DNA of 62,112 bases, counting the filler, from Caldilineae bacterium (GTDB lineage: Bacteria; Chloroflexota; Anaerolineae; DTLA01): the NCBI GenBank assembly GCA_037446815.1. It is 3 parts of 3 records of this genome, joined end to end, with 100 filler letters (N's around TTAATTAATTAA, not from the genome) between each part and the next. Parts side by side here need not be neighbours in the genome. Positions count along the whole stretch, not along the records: positions 1 to 21,037 come from JBBIHX010000041.1; 2 more parts are not named here. One strand, given 5' to 3'. This document shows positions 1 to 10,190 of the stretch, piece after piece (position 1 is the stretch's first letter; each line of letters begins with the position of its first letter). A program made the position numbers and the translations under genes. The notes under the pieces are model-generated. The model worked only from the letters and a program-made list of their open reading frames with translations, did no database searches and was not told the DNA's origin.

Positions 1-142
1 CGGCAGAGCGGATGCGGTTCCAGGGTCTGTTGGGAACCGCCTTGCAAGGGCACAGGCCGCCCGAGGTGATTCCCGGACAGACGACAGCGCTTCGCTCGCA
101 ATGAGAAATGCTGAAAACGTGCGGCGCATCTCCGAGGCCCCA

Positions 143-169
143 GTAGGGCAGATTGCCAATCTGCCCTAC
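143..169. repeat. GTAG-type REP-like perfect palindrome
   Basis: GTAGGGCAGATTG-C-CAATCTGCCCTAC, perfect 13-bp inverted repeat starting with GTAG. Confidence 0.6.
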
Positions 170-277
170 ACATGACTTGCACGCACGCGTAACCGCGCTA
201 TACTATAGTACGGTACCAGCGAACAGCAGCGGGCAAGGCCCCGCCGTGCGGACACGGCATCTGGTGAGGGAAGTCGG

Positions 278-832
278 ATGAGCATGCTGGCGGACTTGCT
301 GACCCTGAGCCGCGTGCCCATGGGCCTCGCGGTGGTGTACGCCGGCCTGAACAGCGGCGCGGCGGCGTTGCCACAGGTCATCTGGCTGTCGCTGCTCGCG
401 TGGACCGTGGACAGCGTAGACGGGCACCTCAAGCGCGCCTCGCGGCGGCCCCCGGGCTGGATTGGCCGAAACGACCTGACCTTTGACGTCTTCTTCAACG
501 CCTGTGTCGCGTTCTTCTTCGCCCTATCGGGCATCGTCTCCGCATGGCTCTGCTCGGCGTGGATGGGCGCGGCGGGGCTCCTGCGGTTCAAACTCCGATC
601 GCGGTCGGGGGCCATCGCCGCGAACGCCCTCATCGTGCTGACGTTGGTGATCAAGGCCTTTGAGCACGCTCTGGCGCTCGGCGGCGCCATCATCGGATGG
701 GCACTGGTAGCGCTCGCACTGGACAGGAAGCAGTTCGCGCGACGACTTCGCCTGTTCGCCCTAGGCATCCCTGCGCTGGCGCGCCGCTGGCCGTGTCTCC
801 ACGGGGAGGGCGATCCGCCGCCCGACGAGTAG
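278..832 (+). CDS. CDP-alcohol phosphatidyltransferase family membrane protein
   Basis: N-terminal 'ADLLTLSR' and DSVDGHLKR...G...D...D motif; hydrophobic helices. Confidence 0.7.
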   Translation: MSMLADLLTLSRVPMGLAVVYAGLNSGAAALPQVIWLSLLAWTVDSVDGHLKRASRRPPGWIGRNDLTFDVFFNACVAFFFALSGIVSAWLCSAWMGAAGLLRFKLRSRSGAIAANALIVLTLVIKAFEHALALGGAIIGWALVALALDRKQFARRLRLFALGIPALARRWPCLHGEGDPPPDE

Positions 833-941
833 CGGGCCAACGCGCCGCGCCCCCTTAAGCGCCTGTCCCCGTTCCCGCACAAGAAAACTCGGCGCAGCGA
901 GCCTACCCCGCTGCGCCGAGCATTCTGGAGCCCATCCCCGT

Positions 942-3900
942 CTAGTACGGCGGAGGCGTACCCAGCGCCGTGATACGCCCTTCCACAACGGCAGTGATAG
1001 GCGAGTGCGTCTTCACGTACTCCGCCATGTAGTCAATGTCCACGGTGTACGTGTCTTGCTGCGGGGCCAAGGGCAGCGTCCCGTAATGGTCGCCGCCGCT
1101 GGCCATGAAGTTGTTCACCAGCACCACATAGGTGCGGGTCGGATCCAGCGGCTCGCCGGTGCGGGCATCAATGACATCGCCGATGATGCGCGAGTGGGCC
1201 GGCAGGTCGTAGTCAAACGTGAACCGCAAGCCCGACACCTGCACGATGCCATGCTGCCCGGTGATGCCGTCCTCCAGCGTCGCGCGCACCTGCTCGCCGG
1301 TCAGCCACACCTTGACGAACGTGTTGCCAAACGGGAGCACCGAGAACAGTTCGCCATAGGTGATGGGGCCGGCGTCAATGTCCGCGCGCAGTCCGCCGCT
1401 GTTGGTCATCGCGAAGTCAATGGTGTCATCATAGGCCCGCATCGCGTCGGTAACGAAGTTGCCCATGGCCGACTCATAGCGGTAGTTGCGGATCAGTGGC
1501 ACCGTGGCCTCGCCGATGACCGTGTTCTTGAGTTCCTGCACCGCGTCCAGGTATGGCTGGAGCGCCGCCGCCACGGCTTCATCGCGCGCGACAGGCTGGC
1601 CCTCATACGTGGCCGGGCCGCCATCCCACGTGTTGTACACATTCTGCGTGGGCTTCACGGTGAAGCCGGTAACGGTCTTGAACCACGGGTCAACTGTAAA
1701 GTCCACGCGCCCAAAGGCGCTACCCCCGTTGTAACTCTGGATGACGGGGATACCGTTGATCGTCGTGGCGATCTGGGAGTGGGTGTGCCCGGTTACCAGC
1801 AAGTTGACCTTGTCCGGGTCCAGCGCATTGGCCAGCGCCGCCGCGTCGCCGAAGTCCGGCGAAAAGCCGCCCAAGTGCGCGATGACGATGACCATGTTGG
1901 CGCCGCCCGCCCAGACCTCATCCAGGATGGCGTTGACCTCGGTCGCCGGGTCCGTGAAGTCCAGGTGCCCGGTGAACGCCGGGTTCGTGATGCTCCCCGT
2001 CTCCGGATAGGCGACGCCGATGAGGCCGATCTTGACGCCCTTCGCCTCAATGTAGGTGTAGGGCACGGCCCAGTCGGGTCGCTCGCCAGTGGCCTTCAGC
2101 CGGATGTTGGCCGACACCCACGGGAAGCTGGACTGGGCGATGCGGTCAGCCAGTTTGTCCAGGCCCCAGTCAAACTCGTGGTTGCCGAAGGTCGCGCCCA
2201 TCAGGCCCAGTGCGTTGAACCCGGCGATGGTGGATTCGCCGAAGAAGTAGTTGCTCTCCAGCGTGCCCTGCATCATGTCGCCGGCATCCAGCGGGATCAC
2301 GCCGCCCGGGTTCAGCGCGCGCAGCACGTTGTAGTACCCGGCGATCCATGCCAGCCCGCCGACCACATTGCCGCGAGACCATGAGTAGGTGCGGCCCACC
2401 AGCGCCCCGTGGAAGTCGTTCGTCGCCACCACGTTCAGCAGGATGTCCGCGGGCTTGGTAACGTACACCACCTCAAGCACCGGGCGCTTGGTGGGGTCGC
2501 TGTACTCCATGGAAGCAAAGGAGTACTCGCGAGAGACATCGTCGGCGGCCTGCACCACGAAGCCGAAGTTGTCCTCGGCGGCAGTCCTGTCCATGGTCCA
2601 GTCCCGCACCGCCTGCGTTACGTCCAGTTCCACCCAGCCCACGTGGGCGGGCAGCGGAACCGAATCCAGCGGTGGCGCTTGGCGGTCGGTGTCCCCGAGC
2701 GCGCCGGCGATTTCCCATGCTTCGCCAGCCGAAGCCTGCTGCCACGTCGCCTCGCCCGCCGCCCAATTCTTCAACGCCTTGTACACGCGCAGGCCAAGCG
2801 ACCGAATCACCAGGTCGTAACTCCCGCTAGAGCAGTCAAACCACGGGGAGAGCGGGTTGCAGTCATACGGGAACTCCACCACCTTGACGTAGTACACGCC
2901 GTCGGCAGGGGCCGTCCACACGATGCTGGATGCCCATCCTGGACCGCTGTCGTCGTCAAACCCTAGTTGTGTCCCCGCCGCGTCGTAGAGGTAGAGCATA
3001 GTGTCGTAGTACTCGCCGAGGCGCAGGGTCTGGATCATGTAGCGGGTGCCCGCGGTGGCTTCAAACTTGACCCAGTCGCTCTCGGTGCACTCATGGAAGC
3101 CGTGGGTCTGCGGCAGGCCGTCCACGGTAAACCACTTGGCCTGCTCCATAGTGTCGTCGGGCTCGTACATGTCGGGGGCGCAGTACGGCGCATCCGCCGC
3201 GCCAATGGCGTTGGGCACGCCATTCAGGGGTTTGGTCTTGAGTGCCACCATACCCGACACGCCCAGCCCATCCCCGTCTCCAGGCGGCAATCCGTCAGGT
3301 AGCGCGGGCTCGGTCAAGTTGTACAGTTTCAGCGTGGCCTTGGCGATGACGGCACCCTCCGGCAGCGCTTCGGCAACCATGCCGGTGCCCAGGTCAAACT
3401 TCACGAGGCTCTCAAACTCGCCGCCCGTGCGCACCTTGACGCGATCGCGGCCCTCGTAGTTCGCCGTCGGCGCCCACTCGCTGATCCACGTGTCCGCCGA
3501 CGCCTGGAAGTCCATCACGCCCTTGTCCGCAACCGGGTACGTGGTGTAAAGCACGTACAGTTTCGGGCGCATCGTCGGGTCGTAGTAACTGGATGAGGCG
3601 AAGGAGCGGGCCATGGCCTTGGTGGCGCTGCCGCCCAGGAACAGCCCGTTGTTCGCCGTGCCCGAGACCCAGTCGGCAACGACTTCCGTAACGTCCAAAG
3701 TCGCCTCGGTCTCGGTGCCCAGGAGCGTAACCGAGTCGGCGGCAACGGCGCTGCGGTCGGTCGCTGAGTCGTTGGCGCCGGGCATGCCCCACATGTCGCC
3801 CGCAGTGGCGTTCAGCCAGGTCGCCTCCGTCTCGGTCCACGCGCGCAGGACCTCGTAGGCCGACAGCGTGAAGGGATGCGGCACAAGCCACGAGGTGTCT

Positions 3901-4214
3901 ACGGGGTACACCGTGAGCCGCGCCTGCAGAACCGTCGCGCCCGCGGGGATGCCCGAGAGGTCAAACTTCAGCAGCGCCGCGTGGACGTTGCCATTGCGCA
4001 CGTAGAACTCGTTGCGGGTGGCGTAGTTCGCCGTGGGCTGCCAGCCGTTGATCCAGGTGTCTTCCACGGCCGTGAGCGTTACCTCATGAGCCAGGTCTTC
4101 GGGGATCGCGGCAGCAGAGGGGCCGCCTGACGCAGTAGGCGGTGCCGCGGTGGCCGGCAGGGCCGCCAACAGAAGGGAAAGGATTACGAACACACCAAAC
4201 AGTCGGCTCTTCAT
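942..4214 (-). CDS. Secreted 5'-nucleotidase/metallophosphoesterase with N-terminal DNRLRE-like and PPC-like domains
   Basis: Signal peptide MKSRLFGV after GGAGG; motifs TNDFHG, DAGD, GNHEFD, TGHTH, NSGGLRAD; two 'DTWI...P.ANY' repeats. Confidence 0.85.
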   Translation of the reverse strand: MKSRLFGVFVILSLLLAALPATAAPPTASGGPSAAAIPEDLAHEVTLTAVEDTWINGWQPTANYATRNEFYVRNGNVHAALLKFDLSGIPAGATVLQARLTVYPVDTSWLVPHPFTLSAYEVLRAWTETEATWLNATAGDMWGMPGANDSATDRSAVAADSVTLLGTETEATLDVTEVVADWVSGTANNGLFLGGSATKAMARSFASSSYYDPTMRPKLYVLYTTYPVADKGVMDFQASADTWISEWAPTANYEGRDRVKVRTGGEFESLVKFDLGTGMVAEALPEGAVIAKATLKLYNLTEPALPDGLPPGDGDGLGVSGMVALKTKPLNGVPNAIGAADAPYCAPDMYEPDDTMEQAKWFTVDGLPQTHGFHECTESDWVKFEATAGTRYMIQTLRLGEYYDTMLYLYDAAGTQLGFDDDSGPGWASSIVWTAPADGVYYVKVVEFPYDCNPLSPWFDCSSGSYDLVIRSLGLRVYKALKNWAAGEATWQQASAGEAWEIAGALGDTDRQAPPLDSVPLPAHVGWVELDVTQAVRDWTMDRTAAEDNFGFVVQAADDVSREYSFASMEYSDPTKRPVLEVVYVTKPADILLNVVATNDFHGALVGRTYSWSRGNVVGGLAWIAGYYNVLRALNPGGVIPLDAGDMMQGTLESNYFFGESTIAGFNALGLMGATFGNHEFDWGLDKLADRIAQSSFPWVSANIRLKATGERPDWAVPYTYIEAKGVKIGLIGVAYPETGSITNPAFTGHLDFTDPATEVNAILDEVWAGGANMVIVIAHLGGFSPDFGDAAALANALDPDKVNLLVTGHTHSQIATTINGIPVIQSYNGGSAFGRVDFTVDPWFKTVTGFTVKPTQNVYNTWDGGPATYEGQPVARDEAVAAALQPYLDAVQELKNTVIGEATVPLIRNYRYESAMGNFVTDAMRAYDDTIDFAMTNSGGLRADIDAGPITYGELFSVLPFGNTFVKVWLTGEQVRATLEDGITGQHGIVQVSGLRFTFDYDLPAHSRIIGDVIDARTGEPLDPTRTYVVLVNNFMASGGDHYGTLPLAPQQDTYTVDIDYMAEYVKTHSPITAVVEGRITALGTPPPY

Positions 4215-4504
4215 ACGGAACCTCCAATCGTCCGCAACTGAAATAAGGGGGTACACTCGCTCGCCTGGGCGCTCTCCCAGGCAATGGGAACACAGCATCC
4301 TTGAACGTCAAGGCGAGAAGAAGTCGGAATCACCTCCTTTCTGCCCCTGCGCGGCGGCGTACACCGCGCAGGCAAAACACTGCGCTTCAGGCCTGTTCGC
4401 CATGATGTCGCCTGAAGTCTAAACGCGCCGGTTTGCGGAAGAACAAGGGAGCGACAAAGGGTTACGCTACAATCTGCCCGCAACCGTATAGGCGGCTCAT
4501 ACGT

Positions 4505-4533
4505 ATTCTAGCCTACTCTGCAAGCCCCGTCAA
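4505..4533 (-). promoter_or_regulatory. sigma70-type promoter of the 5'-nucleotidase gene
   Basis: TTGACG-17 bp-TAGAAT on minus strand. Confidence 0.6.
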
Positions 4534-4589
4534 GCGCATGGCGCAAAAGGATGTTTAAAATTTCGTGCCGGGCGGCGGAGGCCGCCGGA

Positions 4590-5200
4590 TCACGCCCCAC
4601 GCCTCGGCGAGGAACGCGCACGCAGTCGCCGCCTGGCGAAGACCGCCAGCATTACGGCTATCAGTACCCACGAGCCAATGCGAAGGGCGGGCGATTGGAA
4701 ATTGCCCCCCAGCAGGTTTGCGTGGGCTGTCGCCAGGGCGAATGCCAGGTAGTTCAGCCCGTGGACAACCTGCCACCGCCGGCCGACGCGCTGCCGCAGA
4801 AATGCAGCCGCCACCGCTATGGCGATGAGATACCACGCGGCCCGCCCGCCCAATTGCAGGAACACCAGCAGCGAGTCAAATCGCAGCAAGAACACGCTCG
4901 CGCTGCGGTTTTGAACCGCCACCAGAATCGGATGCAGCGTGATGAGCGCCAGGCCGCTGATGGACGCGGGTGATGCACCCTCACAAACGGCCACCCGAAG
5001 AAGCGCACCAGTTGGGGCACGAAGGCCGACGACAGGATGGCCCAGAACACCAGCTGATAGCCCGTCAGCGCGCACCCCCGAATCGCCAGCACAAGCGCGC
5101 CGGCGCGAGGATTGCTCGCCTCCGCCGCTACCGTAACGGCGATGATGGCCAAGCCGATGGCCCAGAGCACCCACGCATTGCGCATCCTCTTCGCAGCCAT
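4590..5200 (-). pseudogene. Ferric-reductase-like transmembrane (heme b) protein, frameshifted near 4968-4970
   Basis: N-half (MAAKRM...FVRVHH) and C-half (ASISGLALITLHP...VHGLNYLAFALATAH) lie in different frames; joining them restores paired His motifs. Confidence 0.7.
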
Positions 5201-5309
5201 GATACCCTCCGCGTCCCTGTGGTTCTGCATGGCGCTGCAAAAACGCCACCGACTGAATCACAGCCGGTGGCGTTCACATCAACCGCACGACCAGACCTCG
5301 GTCGCCATT

Positions 5310-7007
<1,698 letters not shown>

Positions 7008-7222
7008 GGATTTGCTCCCTCATCTTGCGCGTAGGGTTGCGCCGATGTCATCCGGCGCTGCGCATACTATATCACGGAGTCGCTCTGGAATCAAGCGCCA
7101 TTGCCGAAGAACGCATCCAGTGCGGAAGGGAATCGCGCGGGGGGCTGCCTCGTTGCAGAACCGCGGCCCTAACAAAAATCCGACTCGCAGAATCGCCTTC
7201 TGCCAGCCGGATGCTCATCAGG

Positions 7223-7293
7223 CTGGGGGACGAGGATTCGAACCTCGGTCGACTGATCCAGAGTCAGTTGTCTTACCACTAGACGATCCCCCA
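7223..7293 (-). tRNA. tRNA-Gln(CUG)
   Basis: TGGGGGATCGTCTAGTGGTAAGAC...CT-CTG-GA...GGTTCGAATCC...TCCCCCAG cloverleaf; followed by CCT, so CCA is not encoded. Confidence 0.95.
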
Positions 7294-7304
7294 GTACGCC
7301 GCCT

Positions 7305-7333
7305 ATGATAGCACAACTTGCCTGCAAATGCAA
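7305..7333 (-). promoter_or_regulatory. Promoter of tRNA-Gln
   Basis: TTGCAT-17 bp-TATCAT with extended TG. Confidence 0.65.
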
Positions 7334-7349
7334 AATCGGCCTGGGGCGC

Positions 7350-7380
7350 AATTCGGTTCCACAGTCTGTTGGTATCTACG
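7350..7380. mobile_element. Solo MITE terminal inverted repeat
   Basis: AATTCGGTTCCACAGTCTGTTGGTATCTAC matches the ends of the elements at 38232-38382 and 40511-40685. Confidence 0.7.
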
Positions 7381-7423
7381 CTTTCATCTTGACCTCCTGT
7401 GTTGATATGGATTTGGGGAACGC

Positions 7424-7493
7424 GCCCAACGTTCGACAGCCGCCGCGCCGCTCAGCCGAGCGCCAAGCGGTCGGCTACAGCGAGTTGTTAGCC
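7424..7493 (-). other. Integron attC recombination site
   Basis: Minus strand GGCTAAC-AACTCGCTGTAGCCGACCGC...GCGGCGGCTG...-GTTGGGC; the TAA of the upstream gene lies inside the R'' box; imperfect palindrome. Confidence 0.75.
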
Positions 7494-7736
7494 CGCCGCC
7501 TTTTGTAAATATGCAAACTCTGCTATGGCTACCTGCCGCTTCGTTGCAAAACTCTGGCGATGAAGTTTGATGCGCTCAATCTCGTGCAACGTTTCCGCCG
7601 TAAAATAACTTTCACCGCAGTGGGGACAACTTACCAGCGGAATGTTCTCAATCACCAGCAGATCATCGCCTTTGCCATAACTGCGAGTCACATACCGAAT
7701 GCGCGCACCTTCTTTACCACAAATTTCGCAAACCAT
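7488..7736 (-). CDS. YgiT-type zinc finger protein (MqsA-like antitoxin)
   Basis: CEICG...IENIPLVSCPHCGESYF; low GC. Confidence 0.85.
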   Translation of the reverse strand: MVCEICGKEGARIRYVTRSYGKGDDLLVIENIPLVSCPHCGESYFTAETLHEIERIKLHRQSFATKRQVAIAEFAYLQKAAG

Positions 7737-7747
7737 TCTGTTTTCTC

Positions 7748-8029
7748 CTACAAACGGTACACTGTAATAATCACCAACTTGCCCGTGAGGCTGATTTTGC
7801 CAACCACTATGATGTCATCGTCTGCCACAGTTTTACCCTTGACCAGATACTTCCACTCACCTGTTTGAATGTCTTTCTGCCGCTCTACGATTTCGCCTGT
7901 CAGGATACCACGTTCCACATCAAAAATCGTCAATTCATCATCGCTCATTTCTTCTTCAGCGTGCAAAGTCATCACATATTGACGACCACGAACTTTGTCA
8001 CGCATTTGCTTCAAGATGCGTTGGAACAC
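7748..8029 (-). CDS. DUF4258 family protein (RelE-like putative toxin)
   Basis: 'TLHAEEEM...GEIVE...LVIITVY'; paired with YgiT; GTG start chosen (TTG at 8041 possible). Confidence 0.8.
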   Translation of the reverse strand: MFQRILKQMRDKVRGRQYVMTLHAEEEMSDDELTIFDVERGILTGEIVERQKDIQTGEWKYLVKGKTVADDDIIVVGKISLTGKLVIITVYRL

Positions 8030-8236
8030 TTCCTGCTCCAAATATCAAATGACGCCACAATAATGCCTTGTTTGACACGGTAAAGAAGGCGGGCCAGCTA
8101 TCTCCTATCCCGCACTCTGCTATCCGGACAGAATTCCGTACAATACGGCCCACACCCCGCGCTACACACCAGAGTCGCCGCGTATGCGAGCGCGAAACCT
8201 CTCGCGCGATACGCGCAGGGCAGCCCTTTTGTTCAT

Positions 8237-8264
8237 ATTATACGACACTCTGATGGAGAGTCAA
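8237..8264 (-). promoter_or_regulatory. Strong promoter facing the cassette (Pc-like)
   Basis: TTGACT-16 bp-TATAAT on minus strand. Confidence 0.6.
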
Positions 8265-8421
8265 GGGGTTTCAGGAATCACCGTTGCTCCGGCGCGGCGG
8301 CTGGCCGTGGCGCGGTTACCGCCGTGCGGGAGGCGAGCAGCAGCACAAGCAAGACAAAGAGAAGAGTCAGGTAGCGCGTGCTGGTTCTTCCTATTGATAT
8401 CGTAGCCGTGGCGATACGTAT

Positions 8422-9009
8422 CTACATTCCTTGAACCTTTGCTTCCTGTAGCGCGCGCTCCAGCAGGTCGCCAACCTGTAATTCAGTAGCCCAGTGGCGC
8501 AGATACTCCATGTCCAACATTTCGGCATGCACCTTCAAAATCCCCAAAACATCCCCCCACTGCCGCTCGGAAACTTCGCCGCCCAACCGATACCACTCCA
8601 GTTTGGAAAGAATCGTGTCTTCAGGGCTGGCAAATCTCGCGCCAACCTCGGTATCCAGGACGAACGTCTGCCTCTGGGCACGAGCCAGTTGGGAGCGCAA
8701 GAAGGGCCGCGGGTGGGGAATGAAGATATCCACCTTGAAAAAAGTCTCGCGGTGGATCATGTTGAAACTGGAACGGCGCTGAACCGCCTCGGCGATCAGA
8801 TCCACGTCCACATAGAATGCATCCTGCAATGCAGCGATGAAAGGCGGGATGTGCTCCGCGCGCATGTCGGCGACAATGTCGGCATCCTGGGTCAGGCGCA
8901 CCATACCGTAAAGCGTAGAGGCCAAAGAACCGCTGACAAAATACGGCACGCCGAGTTCCTCAAGAACGGTGGTAACCTTGAGGGTTACCTCAAGCGGTTC
9001 GTTGCGCAT
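8422..9009 (-). CDS. Nucleotidyltransferase-like toxin (MenT/AbiEii-like)
   Basis: 'YFVSGSLAS..YG.VRLTQDADIV', 'KVDIF', 'SPEDTILSKL'. Confidence 0.7.
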   Translation of the reverse strand: MRNEPLEVTLKVTTVLEELGVPYFVSGSLASTLYGMVRLTQDADIVADMRAEHIPPFIAALQDAFYVDVDLIAEAVQRRSSFNMIHRETFFKVDIFIPHPRPFLRSQLARAQRQTFVLDTEVGARFASPEDTILSKLEWYRLGGEVSERQWGDVLGILKVHAEMLDMEYLRHWATELQVGDLLERALQEAKVQGM

Positions 9010-9259
9010 CGGTGGTCTCCTCGCATACCTTGCGGGCCAGTTCCTCACCGAGTAGCAAGATTGCCCACTTGCGTCGCAGTTCGGCTTCGGTAGCGTGGGG
9101 ATACCGCGCCCGCAGGCCGGCCAGCGCCAGCAAGCGGGCGGCGACGTACAACTGCGCCAACATCTCCATCTTGCGGGTGGGGCTAACTCGCCGCAGCAGT
9201 CGGATTTGCAGCGCTTCGGCGGCAGGGTGACTATCCGAATGGATAATAGGGGTGCGCAT
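8990..9259 (-). CDS. Small helical cognate antitoxin (MenA1-like)
   Basis: 89 aa, overlaps the NTase start; 'RKMEMLAQLY...GLRARYPHATEAELRRKW'. Confidence 0.6.
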   Translation of the reverse strand: MRTPIIHSDSHPAAEALQIRLLRRVSPTRKMEMLAQLYVAARLLALAGLRARYPHATEAELRRKWAILLLGEELARKVCEETTDAQRTA

Positions 9260-9343
9260 GGCAGTTGCTCCTTCCTTCGGTTTGCTTCAGACCTCGCAAT
9301 CCATCCCTATCAGGAACGTTGCCCAGGCAAGTTCACCTGCTCT

Positions 9344-9793
9344 TCAGCCTAACTTGAGCATCCTCTCCCGAAACCAAGCCAGGAAATCGCCGGGCGGCCC
9401 AATCCGAAAGGGCAATTCGCCCGGTGAAGGGTTCAAGAAGTGCTGACGGTCATTCGTCAGAAACCAATCCGGGCGCGCCGCCATCGCTTCGGCCAGTACG
9501 AAAGCATCGGGCGGGTACCTGACCAACCGCCTGGCGCGCTCCAGATCGTCGGGGCTTGCATCGGGGCCGATCTGAATGCCGCTCGCGTCCAGTAGCAAAG
9601 CAAGATCGGGCAGGCTGTGGGCCGCCTTCCGGCGCGCGACCGCGTCGCACTCCCGCAGAACCCGTCTCCCGACCCATAGGTGCACGAGGCCGCTTTCTCC
9701 CAAACGGAGCACCATGCGCGCGCCTCCCTCCGGCGAAAGGATGGCGGCAAAAATAACGCTGGTGTCCAAGAACACTTTAGGGGGTGTACTCAC
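9344..9793 (-). CDS. PIN domain toxin (VapC-like)
   Basis: VFLDTSVIFAA...E...PDAFVLAEA...LTNDRQHF. Confidence 0.85.
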   Translation of the reverse strand: MSTPPKVFLDTSVIFAAILSPEGGARMVLRLGESGLVHLWVGRRVLRECDAVARRKAAHSLPDLALLLDASGIQIGPDASPDDLERARRLVRYPPDAFVLAEAMAARPDWFLTNDRQHFLNPSPGELPFRIGPPGDFLAWFRERMLKLG

Positions 9794-10031
9794 CGCGCAC
9801 CTCGCGCAGCGTTGTCAACATCGTTTCAAGGTCTAGCCCCTGCTCCTGCCACGCCTTTGCCAAACGATTGGCCAGGCGGTCGGTCTGAAGTTCTTTGGGG
9901 ATAAGAATGAGCACCCCATCCAGATCAACCAGCGTCATGATCTGGCCTTCTTGAATCTGGTTTTCCCTGCGCACTTCTGCGGGCAAGGTAATCACGCCTC
10001 GTTTTGCCACCTGGATCGGATAGATGGTCAT
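9777..10031 (-). CDS. AbrB/MazE/SpoVT family antitoxin
   Basis: 'IQVAKRGVITLPAEVRRENQIQEGQ'; GGAGG RBS; overlaps PIN gene. Confidence 0.85.
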   Translation of the reverse strand: MTIYPIQVAKRGVITLPAEVRRENQIQEGQIMTLVDLDGVLILIPKELQTDRLANRLAKAWQEQGLDLETMLTTLREVRGEYTP

Positions 10032-10054
10032 TGCGCACCTCCGATTATCTGCAA

Positions 10055-10094
10055 TTCTGAATATCAGGATAACACACATTCAGAACCCTGTCAA
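10055..10094 (-). promoter_or_regulatory. TA promoter with inverted-repeat operator
   Basis: TTGACA-17 bp-TATCCT straddled by TTCTGAAT...ATTCAGAA. Confidence 0.65.
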
Positions 10095-10190
10095 GTACCT
10101 TGCCCAGGTTGAACAAGGCGGGTTTGGGGGTCGCGCAGCCAGGCATCAGGCGACGGGGCGGCGGGGGTGCCGCGACGCGCCCCGCCGCCC

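Noticed and set aside
4260..4410. Fragments resembling a ZTP riboswitch in the nucleotidase leader
   Set aside because: Only short partial matches; the conserved core arrangement could not be assembled.
7350..10110. Composite MITE transposon enclosing the TA island
   Set aside because: No second terminal repeat or matching target duplication (TGGGGCGC) was found on the far side.
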